The notes: generated by a model from the sequence alone, not told the origin. DNA of 32,000 nucleotides from Psychrobacter sp. HD31 (GCF_051097895.1 NZ_CP142525.1:1440001-1472000), one strand, 5' to 3'; shown: positions 1 to 10,185, counted from the stretch's first letter. Translations and numbers: made by a program.

Positions 1-140
1 ACAAATAATAGAACTGGAATTAAAACAAACAAGAGAAGACCAGAAACACGGTGTAGAATCGACGCCATTGCGATAGGCGACTTAGCGTTAACACTTAAAA
101 TCTGACCTACAGATAAATTAATCGGTCGTTTATTTTTCAT
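1..140 (-). CDS. sdhC: Succinate dehydrogenase cytochrome b556 subunit SdhC, N-terminal fragment (runs off window start)
   Basis: Reverse-strand ATG at 138-140 opens a frame that continues to position 1. Translation is MKNKRPINLSVGQILSVNAKSPIAMASILHRVSGLLLFVLIPVLLF. The RPxNL and ASILHRVSG motifs match the SdhC N-terminus. It is divergent from gltA, as in the classical gltA/sdhCDAB layout. Absent from the ORF track because it is truncated. Confidence 0.8.
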   Translation of the reverse strand, partial: MKNKRPINLSVGQILSVNAKSPIAMASILHRVSGLLLFVLIPVLLF

Positions 141-942
141 GGTGGATATCCTTATTTTATTAGGACATTCAGTCATATTCATTGAATCTGTAGCCGTCAA
201 TAATTAAAGGTAATCACAACACACCTAAAGATACTCACGACTAAGCCAAGACTATGGCTAAGAAATTATAGAAAAGTAACCACTTTTGTAGTTATTATTT
301 GAGTTACTGCTTATATAAATAATAAACCACAAAAGCCAAACAAGTAACCAGTTGATTAGCTGGCTTGTGCTATAAATTAAGCAAGTTAAATTAACAAATA
401 GCTAGCTAAAAAAAAATTACGGTAACATTATAGAATGACTATTAATAAAAAACAAATGAAATCCACAAAGAAATAATGAAAATGATGGCTTATAAGTCAC
501 TGTTTAATAGAACAATTCTCATTATCATGTAAAATTTAATTAACGATTATTTTTATCATTAAAAGCAATTTTTTTGTTATTTTCTTAATATAGAAAAATT
601 TTGTTACGATAGTATCACTAATAATCAGCATTAATTTACGTGACAATATAATAACTTTGTATTACATTAATAAGGTTGAAGGACAACCCCTTTAGCCCTT
701 TTTTTATAAAAAGAGCCAAATAAAAGGACCTGCGCAACCCCCTAAATGTGACTGCTTAGACAAAAAAGCAACTTACTTTTTAATTCATTTTTTGCGCTAA
801 TGTTAACACTTGTTAAAGATTATCAAACATAAAACCTTCAAATATTTTGATAGATAAAACAATTGTTTATAAATAAGATAGGTGAGGACTTATCCTATTT
901 TTCACATTCCACCCAATTTTTATAACAGCACGAGAGGACGTT

Positions 943-2220
943 ATGACAGAAAAAAATGCAAAACTATTGGTTGATGGCAAAGAATATGACTTGCCAATTA
1001 TGAACGGCACACTAGGTAACCCTGTTATTGATGTATCAGCAGTTCAGCAAGCAGGTTATTGGACATACGACCCAGGTTTTAAAGTAACCGCTCCTGTTGA
1101 ATCAGCCATCACGTTCATTGATGGTGGTAAAGGTCAATTATTACACCGTGGTTATCCAATCGATCAATTAGCAGACAATGCAGAATACCTAGAAGTTTGC
1201 TATGCCCTTTTATACGGTGACTTACCAAATAAAGCACAAAAAGATGAGTTTTATGCAAAAGTGCAAGCTCACACAGCCGTACATGACCAGTTACGCAAGT
1301 TTTTTGAAGGCTTTAGACGTGATGCCCACCCAATGGCGATTATGATTGGTGTTGTCGGCGCATTATCTGCTTTTTATCATAACGACTTAGATTTAAGTGA
1401 TGAAGAACACCGAGAAGTTACTTCTATCCGCCTAATTGCAAAAATGCCAACAATTGCAGCAATGTGCTACAAATATACCCGAGGCGAACCGTTCATGTAC
1501 CCTCGCAACTCATTTAGCTATGCAGAAAACTTCTTATATATGATGTTTGCGACACCAGCTGATCCTGAGTACAAAGTTAATCCTGTTTTAGTTAAAGCAA
1601 TGGATAAAATCTTTACATTGCATGCTGATCACGAACAAAACGCTTCAACGTCTACCGTTCGTTTAGCTGGTTCTACTGGTGCTAACCCATATGCTTGTAT
1701 TTCTGCTGGTATTGGTGCTCTTTGGGGTCCATCACACGGTGGCGCTAACGAAGCCGTACTAAACATGCTTGATGAAATTGGCACGGTTGAAAACGTTGCT
1801 GAGTTCATGGAAAAAGTTAAACGCCGTGAAGTTAAATTAATGGGCTTTGGTCACCGTGTATACAAAAACTTTGACCCGCGTGCTAAAGTTATGAAAGAAA
1901 CCTGTGATGAAGTACTTGATGCTTTAGGCATTGACGATCCACAGTTAGAACTGGCTATGGAACTAGAAAGAATTGCTCTAGAAGACCCATACTTTGTTGA
2001 GCGTAACCTATACCCTAACGTCGATTTCTATTCAGGCATTATCTTAAAAGCCATCGGCATTCCTACCTCTATGTTTACAGTAATGTTTGCGCTTGCACGT
2101 ACCTCTGGTTGGATTAGCCACTGGTTAGAAATGCACAGCTCACCATTTAAAATTGGTCGCCCTCGTCAGATGTACACAGGCGAAACAGAGCGTACTTTTG
2201 TTAAGTTAGAAGACCGTTAA
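943..2220 (+). CDS. gltA: Type II citrate synthase
   Basis: 425 aa. Full-length resemblance to hexameric Gram-negative citrate synthase, with motifs [20 protein letters not shown] and [21 protein letters not shown] Shine-Dalgarno lies just upstream of the ATG. Confidence 0.97.
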   Translation: MTEKNAKLLVDGKEYDLPIMNGTLGNPVIDVSAVQQAGYWTYDPGFKVTAPVESAITFIDGGKGQLLHRGYPIDQLADNAEYLEVCYALLYGDLPNKAQKDEFYAKVQAHTAVHDQLRKFFEGFRRDAHPMAIMIGVVGALSAFYHNDLDLSDEEHREVTSIRLIAKMPTIAAMCYKYTRGEPFMYPRNSFSYAENFLYMMFATPADPEYKVNPVLVKAMDKIFTLHADHEQNASTSTVRLAGSTGANPYACISAGIGALWGPSHGGANEAVLNMLDEIGTVENVAEFMEKVKRREVKLMGFGHRVYKNFDPRAKVMKETCDEVLDALGIDDPQLELAMELERIALEDPYFVERNLYPNVDFYSGIILKAIGIPTSMFTVMFALARTSGWISHWLEMHSSPFKIGRPRQMYTGETERTFVKLEDR

Positions 2221-2261
2221 TTATTGTTAATAGTTAAATAACTTAATTAAGAGATAATCGT

Positions 2262-2294
2262 AAAAACCGCTTCAATGATTGAAGCGGTTTTTTT
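2262..2294. terminator. Bidirectional rho-independent terminator between convergent gltA and the HExxH ORF
   Basis: Stem ccgcttcaa (2267-2275) pairs with ttgaagcgg (2279-2287). It is flanked by an A-run on the left and a T-run (2288-2294) on the right. Confidence 0.8.
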
Positions 2295-2340
2295 ATTAAA
2301 TTGAGATATTATTTAGCTAATAAGTTAACTTATGAGTAAT

Positions 2341-2835
2341 TTAGGTATCAAACGATTTAGATGTATCACTACCCTCTTCATCATTTGACGTTAATAAAAA
2401 AGGAATCAAAGCCTTTAAGTCGTCACACGACTGCCCATTTTGACTACGTATATAATAGTCTTCTACCATGCGTGCTTGTTGCTCTACGCCATAGCTAAAA
2501 AAAGACTTGCCCTGTTTAATTGCGTATTTATAGCGTCTATCAAATACTGCTTTACGAAAGACTTTAATGCCTTGCTGTATTTGCCATACATGTGTCAGCT
2601 CATGGATAAACCACGCACGTCTACCCAACGGCTGTTTAGAAAAATCTTCAATCCAGTTTTCTGGATGAAAGTACACATTGCCATTGGGGCTAACCGCATA
2701 ATTTTTAAGCACCCACCAAGCAGTTTTAAGCTCAATATCATCCACATCTAATGCCTTACCAAAAACACAAGCCGCCATCATTTTTTCACCCGTGGTGAGC
2801 TTGCGTGATTGATGGTTGTGGAATCTTTTAAGCAT
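2341..2835 (-). CDS. Small HExxH zinc-metallopeptidase-like protein (DUF4157-like, often annotated 'Vgr-related protein'); function unknown
   Basis: 164 aa with the motif FIHELTHVWQIQQG (HExxH followed by Q), and no signal peptide. Family assignment is from memory of the HELTHVxQ signature and has not been searched. Confidence 0.55.
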   Translation of the reverse strand: MLKRFHNHQSRKLTTGEKMMAACVFGKALDVDDIELKTAWWVLKNYAVSPNGNVYFHPENWIEDFSKQPLGRRAWFIHELTHVWQIQQGIKVFRKAVFDRRYKYAIKQGKSFFSYGVEQQARMVEDYYIRSQNGQSCDDLKALIPFLLTSNDEEGSDTSKSFDT

Positions 2836-2937
2836 AAGTAGAGATAAAAATTGTGTTATGGTTTTAAAAAAACTATCATATCAAACTAACATGATATAGT
2901 GTTATTGCATAAAATAAAGTCATTAAGGTTATTAACC

Positions 2938-3471
2938 ATGCAATCTTTCTATGAGTATGCACAACTCATACAAGCCAAACAGCAGCTTGCCAAACTCAAG
3001 AATGATAGAAACAATAATAAAAACGCTGGAAAAATCGATTTAAAGATGTTTTACCAACAAAAAAAGGGTTTAGAAGCTAAAATAAAAGCGTATCAAAATG
3101 CTCAGAAACCAAATCTAAATATTCATCAGGAATACAATTTACAACACATACTTGCCTTCACCTTTGCAGAATTACAAATTGATGAATTGTGTGATAGCCC
3201 TATTAATGACTTACGTCTATTTACAAAAAAATATACAAACTCACCACAAGCAAATACAATCATTATTTTAGATTGCTACGATGATGATAATGAAGAGGGC
3301 TATACAGAGTATGTATTAAAAAATAAGTTAGAACTACTCTATAACGGAGAATTATTTGTCGATGTCGTTTCTTCTTATTTAAGTTATACCACTGACTTTG
3401 ACGTAAACTTATTAATACAAGCACTTAAATACTATTCTGAATATGATTGTTTTATGGAAATCACGTCATGA
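2938..3471 (+). CDS. Hypothetical protein (predicted coiled-coil N-terminus, acidic middle), translationally coupled to rarA
   Basis: Open frame 2899-3471 (GTG at 2899). I prefer the ATG at 2938, which is preceded by AAGG. The stop TGA (3469-3471) overlaps the rarA ATG (3468-3470) as ATGA. No family recognised. Confidence 0.55.
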   Translation: MQSFYEYAQLIQAKQQLAKLKNDRNNNKNAGKIDLKMFYQQKKGLEAKIKAYQNAQKPNLNIHQEYNLQHILAFTFAELQIDELCDSPINDLRLFTKKYTNSPQANTIIILDCYDDDNEEGYTEYVLKNKLELLYNGELFVDVVSSYLSYTTDFDVNLLIQALKYYSEYDCFMEITS

Positions 3472-4790
3472 CAAACACCCCACTCGCCCAACGCATCCGT
3501 CCAAAAAGCTTAAACGAAGTCATTGGACAAACCCACTTGCTCGCTCCTAATGCCACATTAAGCCGTATGCTGAGTCAAAATCACTTGCCTTCGCTCATTT
3601 TACATGGCGAGGCAGGCATTGGTAAAACCACCATCGCCACGTTACTTGCCGATACAGTTAATCGCCCATTTCACCCTTTATCTGCCATTAATTCTGGGGT
3701 CAAACAATTGCGTGAAGTGCTTGATATGGCAAAGCAAAATAAACAAACCCTAAGTGACGGTTTAGATTTTGGTGATAACCAAACTAACAACCAAATACCT
3801 GTTGTTTTTATTGATGAAATACACCGATTTAACAAAGCTCAGCAAGATGCCCTACTGGGTGCAGTAGAAGCAGGTGACATCACACTGATTGGTGCCACAA
3901 CCGAGAACCCCTCATTTAGTGTTAACAATGCATTACTGTCTCGTTGTCAAGTTTATCGCCTTAACCCATTATCAGCAGAGCAAATACAACAAGTATTAAA
4001 TAGAGCCATTAATGAAGATGTGCTGTTTAAAACAATCAACATTGATTTGCAAGCAGGTCAAACCATTGCCAAACTGGCACATGGTGATGCACGTAAATCG
4101 TTGAATATTTTAGAGCTGGCAGTACAAACCGCAACTTTGGTAAATGACAGACTAACCATTGATGACACCCTGATTGCTCAAGTTGCACAAGCCGCACTAA
4201 CTCGATATGACCGAGATGGCGAGCAACACTATGACATGGTTTCTGCAATGATTAAGTCCATTAGAGGATCTGACCCGGATGCCGCTTTATACTGGATGGC
4301 ACGCATGCTAACAGGCGGAGAACCACCAGACTTTATTGCTCGTCGATTAGTGATTTCTGCAAGTGAGGATATTGGGCTTGCCAACCCCAATGCGCTACTC
4401 ATTGCCGATGCCGCATTACGCAGTGTACAGGCGATTGGCATGCCAGAAGCACGCATTATTTTAGGACAAGCGGTAATTTACTTGGCAACCAGTGCCAAAT
4501 CTAACAGTGCTTATAATGCCATTAATCAAGCAATGCAAATGGCTAAAAATGACGACTCCCCCGTACCATTGCACTTGCGAAACGGGGTTACTGGATTAAT
4601 GAAAGAACAAGGCTATGGCAAAGGCTACATTTATCCACACGATTACCCCAATCATTACTACCCACAACAATATTTACCTGACGCCTTAACTGATACGGTT
4701 TTTTATCAGCACGCCGATAACCAAAGAGAACAACATAACAAACAGTTTTTAGAATGGCTCAAAAACCAATCTGCCAAAAATGATTTTTAA
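3468..4790 (+). CDS. rarA: Replication-associated recombination protein A (AAA+ ATPase RarA/MgsA)
   Basis: Walker A GEAGIGKTT, Walker B/sensor VVFIDEIHRFNKAQQDALL, GATTENPSF, and a MgsA C-terminal domain (YDMVSAMIKSIRGSDPDAALYW). The start is taken at MTNTPLAQRIRPKSL rather than the ORF-track 3447, because homologues begin there and because of the ATGA coupling. Confidence 0.93.
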   Translation: MTNTPLAQRIRPKSLNEVIGQTHLLAPNATLSRMLSQNHLPSLILHGEAGIGKTTIATLLADTVNRPFHPLSAINSGVKQLREVLDMAKQNKQTLSDGLDFGDNQTNNQIPVVFIDEIHRFNKAQQDALLGAVEAGDITLIGATTENPSFSVNNALLSRCQVYRLNPLSAEQIQQVLNRAINEDVLFKTINIDLQAGQTIAKLAHGDARKSLNILELAVQTATLVNDRLTIDDTLIAQVAQAALTRYDRDGEQHYDMVSAMIKSIRGSDPDAALYWMARMLTGGEPPDFIARRLVISASEDIGLANPNALLIADAALRSVQAIGMPEARIILGQAVIYLATSAKSNSAYNAINQAMQMAKNDDSPVPLHLRNGVTGLMKEQGYGKGYIYPHDYPNHYYPQQYLPDALTDTVFYQHADNQREQHNKQFLEWLKNQSAKNDF

Positions 4791-4963
4791 AAAACTTCAA
4801 TTGCGAGCAATATAAAAGTCTACATAATAATCGCCTACATACAAAAAAGTTAATTAAATTTTGGGTTGTAGGTTTTATTCTAGGTTGGAAACCCTTACTA
4901 TATACAAATACAAAGTTTCTTATCTATCAATCATTAATCCAAACGTAAACAACAGGCAACGCT

Positions 4964-6073
4964 ATGGCATTAAACACAATACCTGAAATTTTAGACGACA
5001 TCCGTGCAGGTAAAATGGTCATCTTAATGGATGATGAAGACCGAGAAAATGAGGGCGACCTTATTATGGCGGCAACTCATGTCCGCCCTGATGACATTAA
5101 TTTTATGATTACAAATGCCCGTGGCTTGGTGTGTTTAACCTTAACCCAAGAGCGTTGTAAACAGCTAGATTTGCCATTGATGTCTGATAATAATGGTGCA
5201 AAGTTCAGCACCAACTTTACCATGTCTATTGAGGCAGCTGAAGGTGTAACGACAGGCATCTCAGCAGCAGATAGAGCACGCACCGTGCATGCAGCGGTTT
5301 CATCTGCGGCAAAACCAGAAGACATTGTTCAACCTGGGCACATCTTCCCGATTATGGCTCAAAAAGGTGGCGTTTTGCACCGTGCCGGACATACAGAAGC
5401 TGGCTGTGACTTAGCTCGCCTAGCAGGTTTAGAGCCTGCAGCCGTGATTGTAGAGATTATTAAACCAGATGGCGAAATGGCACGCCGTGATGATTTAGAA
5501 GTTTTTGCGAAAGAACACGACCTAAAAATTGGTACCATTGCTGATTTAATCAACTACCGAATTGCAAATGAGCAAACCGTTGACTTGGTTGATACTCGAC
5601 CATTTTTAACAGAGTTTGGCGAATTTACCCTTTATCAATTTAAAGAAATTTTTTCTGAGCAATCTCACATTGCTTTGGTAAAAGGTGACCCAAGCCAAAA
5701 TGACTGCACTGTGCGCGTACATGGATTTCATCCGCTACGAGACTTATTTGCTGCAAGCACCTCAAACTCAAGCCGGAGTGGCTGGAGTATACAAACGGCA
5801 CTAAAAGAGATAAGCGAACAACAAAACGGCGTGTTAGTGTGGATTGGCAGCGACAAAAAAATTGACATGGCAAGTGAGCTTGATAAGTTTGAAGACTTAC
5901 AAGAACACACCAAACAAGAAACCCCACCATATATAGACATTGGTGTCGGCGCTCAGATTTTACGTCATTTAGGTGTTAAAAATATGCGTTTGTTATCAAG
6001 CCCAATGCGTTTCCATGCTTTATCTGGCTTTGAGTTGAATGTTACCGATTTTGTTGGCTCACCAACTCAATAA
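4964..6073 (+). CDS. ribB: 3,4-dihydroxy-2-butanone-4-phosphate synthase fused to a degenerate GTP cyclohydrolase II-like domain (RibBA/RibBX type)
   Basis: The N-terminal half carries DHBP synthase motifs (DDEDRENEGDLIMAA, HTEAGCDLARLAG). The C-terminal half aligns to GCH-II (VRVH...) but lacks the Cys zinc ligands. Confidence 0.9.
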   Translation: MALNTIPEILDDIRAGKMVILMDDEDRENEGDLIMAATHVRPDDINFMITNARGLVCLTLTQERCKQLDLPLMSDNNGAKFSTNFTMSIEAAEGVTTGISAADRARTVHAAVSSAAKPEDIVQPGHIFPIMAQKGGVLHRAGHTEAGCDLARLAGLEPAAVIVEIIKPDGEMARRDDLEVFAKEHDLKIGTIADLINYRIANEQTVDLVDTRPFLTEFGEFTLYQFKEIFSEQSHIALVKGDPSQNDCTVRVHGFHPLRDLFAASTSNSSRSGWSIQTALKEISEQQNGVLVWIGSDKKIDMASELDKFEDLQEHTKQETPPYIDIGVGAQILRHLGVKNMRLLSSPMRFHALSGFELNVTDFVGSPTQ

Positions 6074-6091
6074 TCACTTTTAACATCCAAC

Positions 6092-6126
6092 AAAAAAACG
6101 GCTTAATTGCCGTTTTTTGTTTTTTA
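6092..6126 (+). terminator. Rho-independent terminator after ribB
   Basis: aaaaaaacggc-ttaatt-gccgtttttt: a short GC stem extended by A/T pairs and followed by a long T-run. Confidence 0.7.
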
Positions 6127-6203
6127 TAACCGATAAACTAGGGTAATTCGTACTGATCTTAAGTTTTACAAAGGGTAAAACACAATCGTAACACCCTAAA
6201 AAA

Positions 6204-6650
6204 TCAATGTTCTGGCATATAATCAACGCTTTGCTCTAAGGCGAGTACGTCTTTGCGTTGCTGGGCTGACCAAGGCTTACTTTTGTTGGTTTTGTGGTCT
6301 AAATTCACCACAACGCCCTCTCCAGTTGCAACAGTTTGTTGTTGACTTTCGCTATAAAAAAGATAGTCAAACACAATACTGGTTTTGCCGAGTTTTTTGG
6401 TGCGCACGCCTATTTGTAGCGTATCAGGATAAACAACGGGCAATATATATCTACAACTGGCCTGTGCCAACACTAAAAAGCTTTGTTCATCAAACATCCC
6501 TAAGTTTTCTAAATAGTGGATGCGAGCCGTTTCCGCATAGCGGTAATAAACCACATTATTTAGGTGACCGAGTGCATCCATTTCTCCCCATACTACCTTT
6601 TGCTCACAAACACAGGCGTAATGCTCCAATTCAGTTGGCTTTGTATTCAC
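6204..6650 (-). CDS. Acyl-CoA thioesterase, hotdog fold (YbgC/4HBT family)
   Basis: 148 aa. The VVWGEMDALGHLNNVVYYRY motif is typical of 4HBT thioesterases. GTG start at 6650 is preceded by AAGGA. Confidence 0.8.
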   Translation of the reverse strand: MNTKPTELEHYACVCEQKVVWGEMDALGHLNNVVYYRYAETARIHYLENLGMFDEQSFLVLAQASCRYILPVVYPDTLQIGVRTKKLGKTSIVFDYLFYSESQQQTVATGEGVVVNLDHKTNKSKPWSAQQRKDVLALEQSVDYMPEH

Positions 6651-6681
6651 GATGATATCCTTATTTGTATTAACTTTAAAT

Positions 6682-7482
6682 TTAAAACTTATTGCCTGCT
6701 AGTTGGTTGATAATGTGAGCAGGATTAAGGCTTTCAATTTGTTTAAATAGTAATTTTTTTTGCTGAACAATATTTGCAAGACGACTGCCTAACACCAAAT
6801 AAATAAAGTCATTTAATTGATAGTGGCGATTACAAGCCACTACCAGATGCCAGTTATTAAACGCTTCATTACTGCTGATGAGTACTATGGGGCTATCCTC
6901 TACAGCCCGTTTTTTGGCTGCCCAATTTTTATAAGCTAAAAAGGTTTGTTCTGGTAATTGGCGTTTGTATAACTCAATCACATCAACAAGCACGCCTCTC
7001 TCTTGTAGCGAGTCAATCAGCAGTCTTCTACCACCTTGACCACGCCAAACCATAACCCGACTACCTGACGATAATTGTTGAATACAGGGTAATTTAAGCA
7101 TGCCCTCATTATTATTAAGATTATTAAGCCCAGTAACGGGATGATGAGTTGAAGACAAACTTTGTGGCGTAATTGCCTCAACACCATTGGCCGCCAAAGC
7201 CTGCGCCGTTGCATCACCGACAGCAACCACTGTTTGAGACGACAAAACTTGATTGCTTTTTATTGAGCGCATCCCTAAGTTGGCAGCGGTTGGGCTAACA
7301 ACAACCAAAACATCATAGGTTGACTGAGCAATTGCTTGCAGCTTTTGTTTATCATCTTTATTGGGTTCTATCGCTATCATCTCTAACAGCGGTAAGTCAA
7401 CTACCGTTAACCCTGCATTAGTTAACGCATCGCTTAATGGCAATGCGCGCTGTTGTGGGCGAGTATTAATAAAAGTTGGCAT
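6682..7482 (-). CDS. hemD: Uroporphyrinogen-III synthase
   Basis: 266 aa, immediately downstream of hemC on the same strand (42-bp gap). The N-terminus (TRPQQRA...L) and overall length are consistent with HemD. The family is weakly conserved, so context carries much of the call. Confidence 0.8.
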   Translation of the reverse strand: MPTFINTRPQQRALPLSDALTNAGLTVVDLPLLEMIAIEPNKDDKQKLQAIAQSTYDVLVVVSPTAANLGMRSIKSNQVLSSQTVVAVGDATAQALAANGVEAITPQSLSSTHHPVTGLNNLNNNEGMLKLPCIQQLSSGSRVMVWRGQGGRRLLIDSLQERGVLVDVIELYKRQLPEQTFLAYKNWAAKKRAVEDSPIVLISSNEAFNNWHLVVACNRHYQLNDFIYLVLGSRLANIVQQKKLLFKQIESLNPAHIINQLAGNKF

Positions 7483-7524
7483 TTGTGCGTTTAGTTAATT
7501 TAAAAAAGAGATAAAAAAAGTACG

Positions 7525-8490
7525 CTACTGATAAATCGCTTTCAAAATATCACCTGCCCCTTGCTTTAGCAAAAGTTCAGCAACCTGAACACCAAGCTTC
7601 TCTGCATTTTGTTCATTGTCTGTTTGTGTCTCTTCAAGTTTTATGCGTTGTTCAGCTTTCAATAACTCAGTACCATCTACCGTACCTACTCGACCACGCA
7701 GCCACAACTCATTATTTTCAATGACTGCAAAAGCAGCAATGGGTACTTGGCAGCCACCTTCAAGATGACGATTTAAAGCACGCTCTGCAAGCAAACAAAG
7801 TTTGTCTTGATTATCATTTAACGGAGCAAGCAAGGCAAGCACCTCGTCATCATTTGCTCGGCATTCAATCGCTAATGCACCTTGCCCAACTGCGGGCAAA
7901 CTCACATTGGTGTCTAACTCTTCACGGATTCTATCATCCAACCCAATACGCTTAAGCCCACTGGTTGCTAATATGATGGCATCATACTCGCCTGCATCAA
8001 GCTTACTTAAACGCGTACCTACATTGCCACGCAAAGATTTAATGGTTAAATCTGGGCGATATTGTTTTAGCTGACATTGGCGACGCAAGCTAGATGTACC
8101 AACAACCGAGCCTATTGGTAAGTCATCAATACCATCATAATTGTTAGAAACAAACGCATCGGTTGGTACTTCTCGCTTGCAATATACCCCAAGCATTAGC
8201 CCCTCTGGCAAAACCATGGGGACATCTTTTAAAGAGTGTACCGCAATGTCTGCTTTTTTATCATAAATGGCTTGTTCTAACTCTTTTACAAACAACCCTT
8301 TGCCACCAATTTTGGCAAGTGGTGTATCCAAAATTTTATCGCCTTTTGTGGTTATTTTAAGCAGCTCTATGTGGAGACTAGGATACAGTTTTGTTAACCG
8401 CTCTTTAATATGTTCTGCTTGCCACAAGGCTAAAGGGCTTTGTCTGGTAGCGATGGTTAACGTTGTAAGCTGTGTTTTCATTTTTGTCAT
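7525..8490 (-). CDS. hemC: Hydroxymethylbilane synthase (porphobilinogen deaminase)
   Basis: 321 aa with [38 protein letters not shown] and [11 protein letters not shown] motifs. An alternative ATG lies 9 nt downstream. Confidence 0.95.
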   Translation of the reverse strand: MTKMKTQLTTLTIATRQSPLALWQAEHIKERLTKLYPSLHIELLKITTKGDKILDTPLAKIGGKGLFVKELEQAIYDKKADIAVHSLKDVPMVLPEGLMLGVYCKREVPTDAFVSNNYDGIDDLPIGSVVGTSSLRRQCQLKQYRPDLTIKSLRGNVGTRLSKLDAGEYDAIILATSGLKRIGLDDRIREELDTNVSLPAVGQGALAIECRANDDEVLALLAPLNDNQDKLCLLAERALNRHLEGGCQVPIAAFAVIENNELWLRGRVGTVDGTELLKAEQRIKLEETQTDNEQNAEKLGVQVAELLLKQGAGDILKAIYQ

Positions 8491-8750
8491 CCAAACTCTT
8501 TTAAAGGCTAAATATCGTGGTTAATAAGACTCCCCTATTTAACCATAAACAAGGCAGTTGTTCATCAAAAATATCTGCCTTATTATCGCAACATGCAGCA
8601 TCGCTACCGCTTAAAATATTTTATGAATTCTAGCAGTTGTTTACAGTTTATAGAGACAATTTTTCAAATTTGTGTTTGGCATTTGCTATACTAACCAACA
8701 TATTAAATTAAGAGTAATTAACAGTTAACCGTAACCTATAGGTGCTTTTT

Positions 8751-10166
8751 ATGTCAGATCATTCTCAATCTTCAGTCGGTCAACAAATGTGGGGTGGACG
8801 TTTTAGCGAAGCCACAGATAGTTTTGTTGCCGAGTTTACCGCATCCGTTAATTTTGATCAGCGTTTTGCAAAACACGATATCGCTGGTTCTATTGCCCAT
8901 GCGACGATGCTTGGTGAATGCCATATTATTACCAAAGAAGAGTCCAACACCATTATTGAAGGGCTAAAACAAGTGCAAGCAGAAATTGATGCTGGCAACT
9001 TCAATTGGTCAGTCGTGTTAGAAGACGTTCATATGAATGTGGAGTCTCGTTTAACTGATTTGATTGGCACAGTCGGTAAAAAGCTACATACGGGGCGTAG
9101 CCGAAATGACCAAGTAGCAACGGACATTCGCTTATGGTTGCGTGAAGAAACCGATAATATTGTTGAGTTGCTCATAAAACTACAAAGCGGTTTGCTAGCG
9201 TTAGCCAGCAAGCATACGCACACCATCATGCCTGGCTTTACTCATTTACAAACGGCACAGCCCGTGAGTTTTGGGCATCACGTTATGGCTTGGTTTGAGA
9301 TGCTAAACCGTGATACGCAAAGGTTTATTGACGCCAGAAGCCGTATCAACCAAATGCCACTTGGGAGTGCTGCTTTAGCAGGGACTACCTTTGCAATTGA
9401 CCGCACCATTACTCAAAAACTGCTTGGATTTGAAGGCATTTGCGAAAACTCACTTGATGCCGTTTCTGACCGTGATTTTGCTATCGAGTTTACCTCAGCC
9501 GCCTCAATTTTGATGATGCATTTATCTCGTATGAGTGAAGAGATTATTCTGTGGATGTCAGCACAATTTGGGTTTGTGCAAATTCCAGACCGTTTCTGTA
9601 CAGGTTCTTCCATCATGCCACAAAAAAAGAACCCAGATGTGCCAGAATTGGTTCGTGGTAAAGCTGCCCGTGTGTTTGGTCAACTCACAACCTTGCTCAC
9701 ACTCATGAAAAACCAACCGCTAGCCTACAATAAAGATAACCAAGAAGACAAAGAACCTTTGTTTGATTGCGTCGATACATTATCTGGCAGTTTGCTGGCA
9801 TTTGTTGATATGCTACCAAACATCACCCCAAATGCTGATAAAATGCGTGACGCAACGATGAAGGGCTATGCGACTGCAACTGACCTTGCTGATTATTTAG
9901 TACGCAACGGGGTTGCCTTCCGTGACGCACATGAAGTGGTCGGTCATGCCGTTGCACTCGGCATTGAAGAGAATAAAGATTTAAGTGAATTATCGCTTGA
10001 GCAACTGCAAGCATTTAGTAATGAAATCCACGCAGATGTATTTGACTATTTAACTTTAGAAGGCTCTTTAAACGCTCGTGACCACATTGGTGGTACGGCA
10101 CCAAACCAAGTTACACAGGCAATTACGCGTGGTAAAGCCAAATTAGAAAAATTAAAAGCCAAATAA
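8751..10166 (+). CDS. argH: Argininosuccinate lyase
   Basis: WGGRFSE N-terminal motif and the fumarate-lyase signature [12 protein letters not shown]. The ATG at 8751 is preferred over the GTG at 8742 because AGGTG lies 7 nt upstream. Confidence 0.95.
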   Translation: MSDHSQSSVGQQMWGGRFSEATDSFVAEFTASVNFDQRFAKHDIAGSIAHATMLGECHIITKEESNTIIEGLKQVQAEIDAGNFNWSVVLEDVHMNVESRLTDLIGTVGKKLHTGRSRNDQVATDIRLWLREETDNIVELLIKLQSGLLALASKHTHTIMPGFTHLQTAQPVSFGHHVMAWFEMLNRDTQRFIDARSRINQMPLGSAALAGTTFAIDRTITQKLLGFEGICENSLDAVSDRDFAIEFTSAASILMMHLSRMSEEIILWMSAQFGFVQIPDRFCTGSSIMPQKKNPDVPELVRGKAARVFGQLTTLLTLMKNQPLAYNKDNQEDKEPLFDCVDTLSGSLLAFVDMLPNITPNADKMRDATMKGYATATDLADYLVRNGVAFRDAHEVVGHAVALGIEENKDLSELSLEQLQAFSNEIHADVFDYLTLEGSLNARDHIGGTAPNQVTQAITRGKAKLEKLKAK

Positions 10167-10185
10167 CCTAACATGGAGCACCAAA

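Noticed and set aside
2440-2751. 103-aa plus-strand ORF inside the HExxH gene
   Set aside because: It is antisense to a gene with a clear motif. It has low-complexity hydrophobic sequence and no RBS.
4036-4456. Two minus-strand ORFs (70 and 75 aa) within rarA
   Set aside because: They are antisense shadows inside a strongly supported AAA+ gene.
4791-4963. Possible FMN (RFN) riboswitch upstream of ribB
   Set aside because: The 173-nt leader lacks the conserved RFN core sequences (GG..AGGG/CCCG-type paired GC-rich helices). It is AT-rich with no multi-stem junction visible.
5077-5940. Four minus-strand ORFs (64-96 aa) within ribB
   Set aside because: They overlap a well-supported CDS on the opposite strand and have no independent support.
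6326-6655. 109-aa plus-strand ORF overlapping the thioesterase gene
   Set aside because: The minus-strand frame carries the 4HBT motif and an SD sequence. The plus-strand product has no recognisable features.
7017-10014. Assorted short ORFs nested in hemD, hemC and argH (7017-7226, 8163-8360, 8267-8524, 9029-9229, 9413-9616, 9823-10014)
   Set aside because: All are alternative-frame or antisense ORFs within strongly supported genes.
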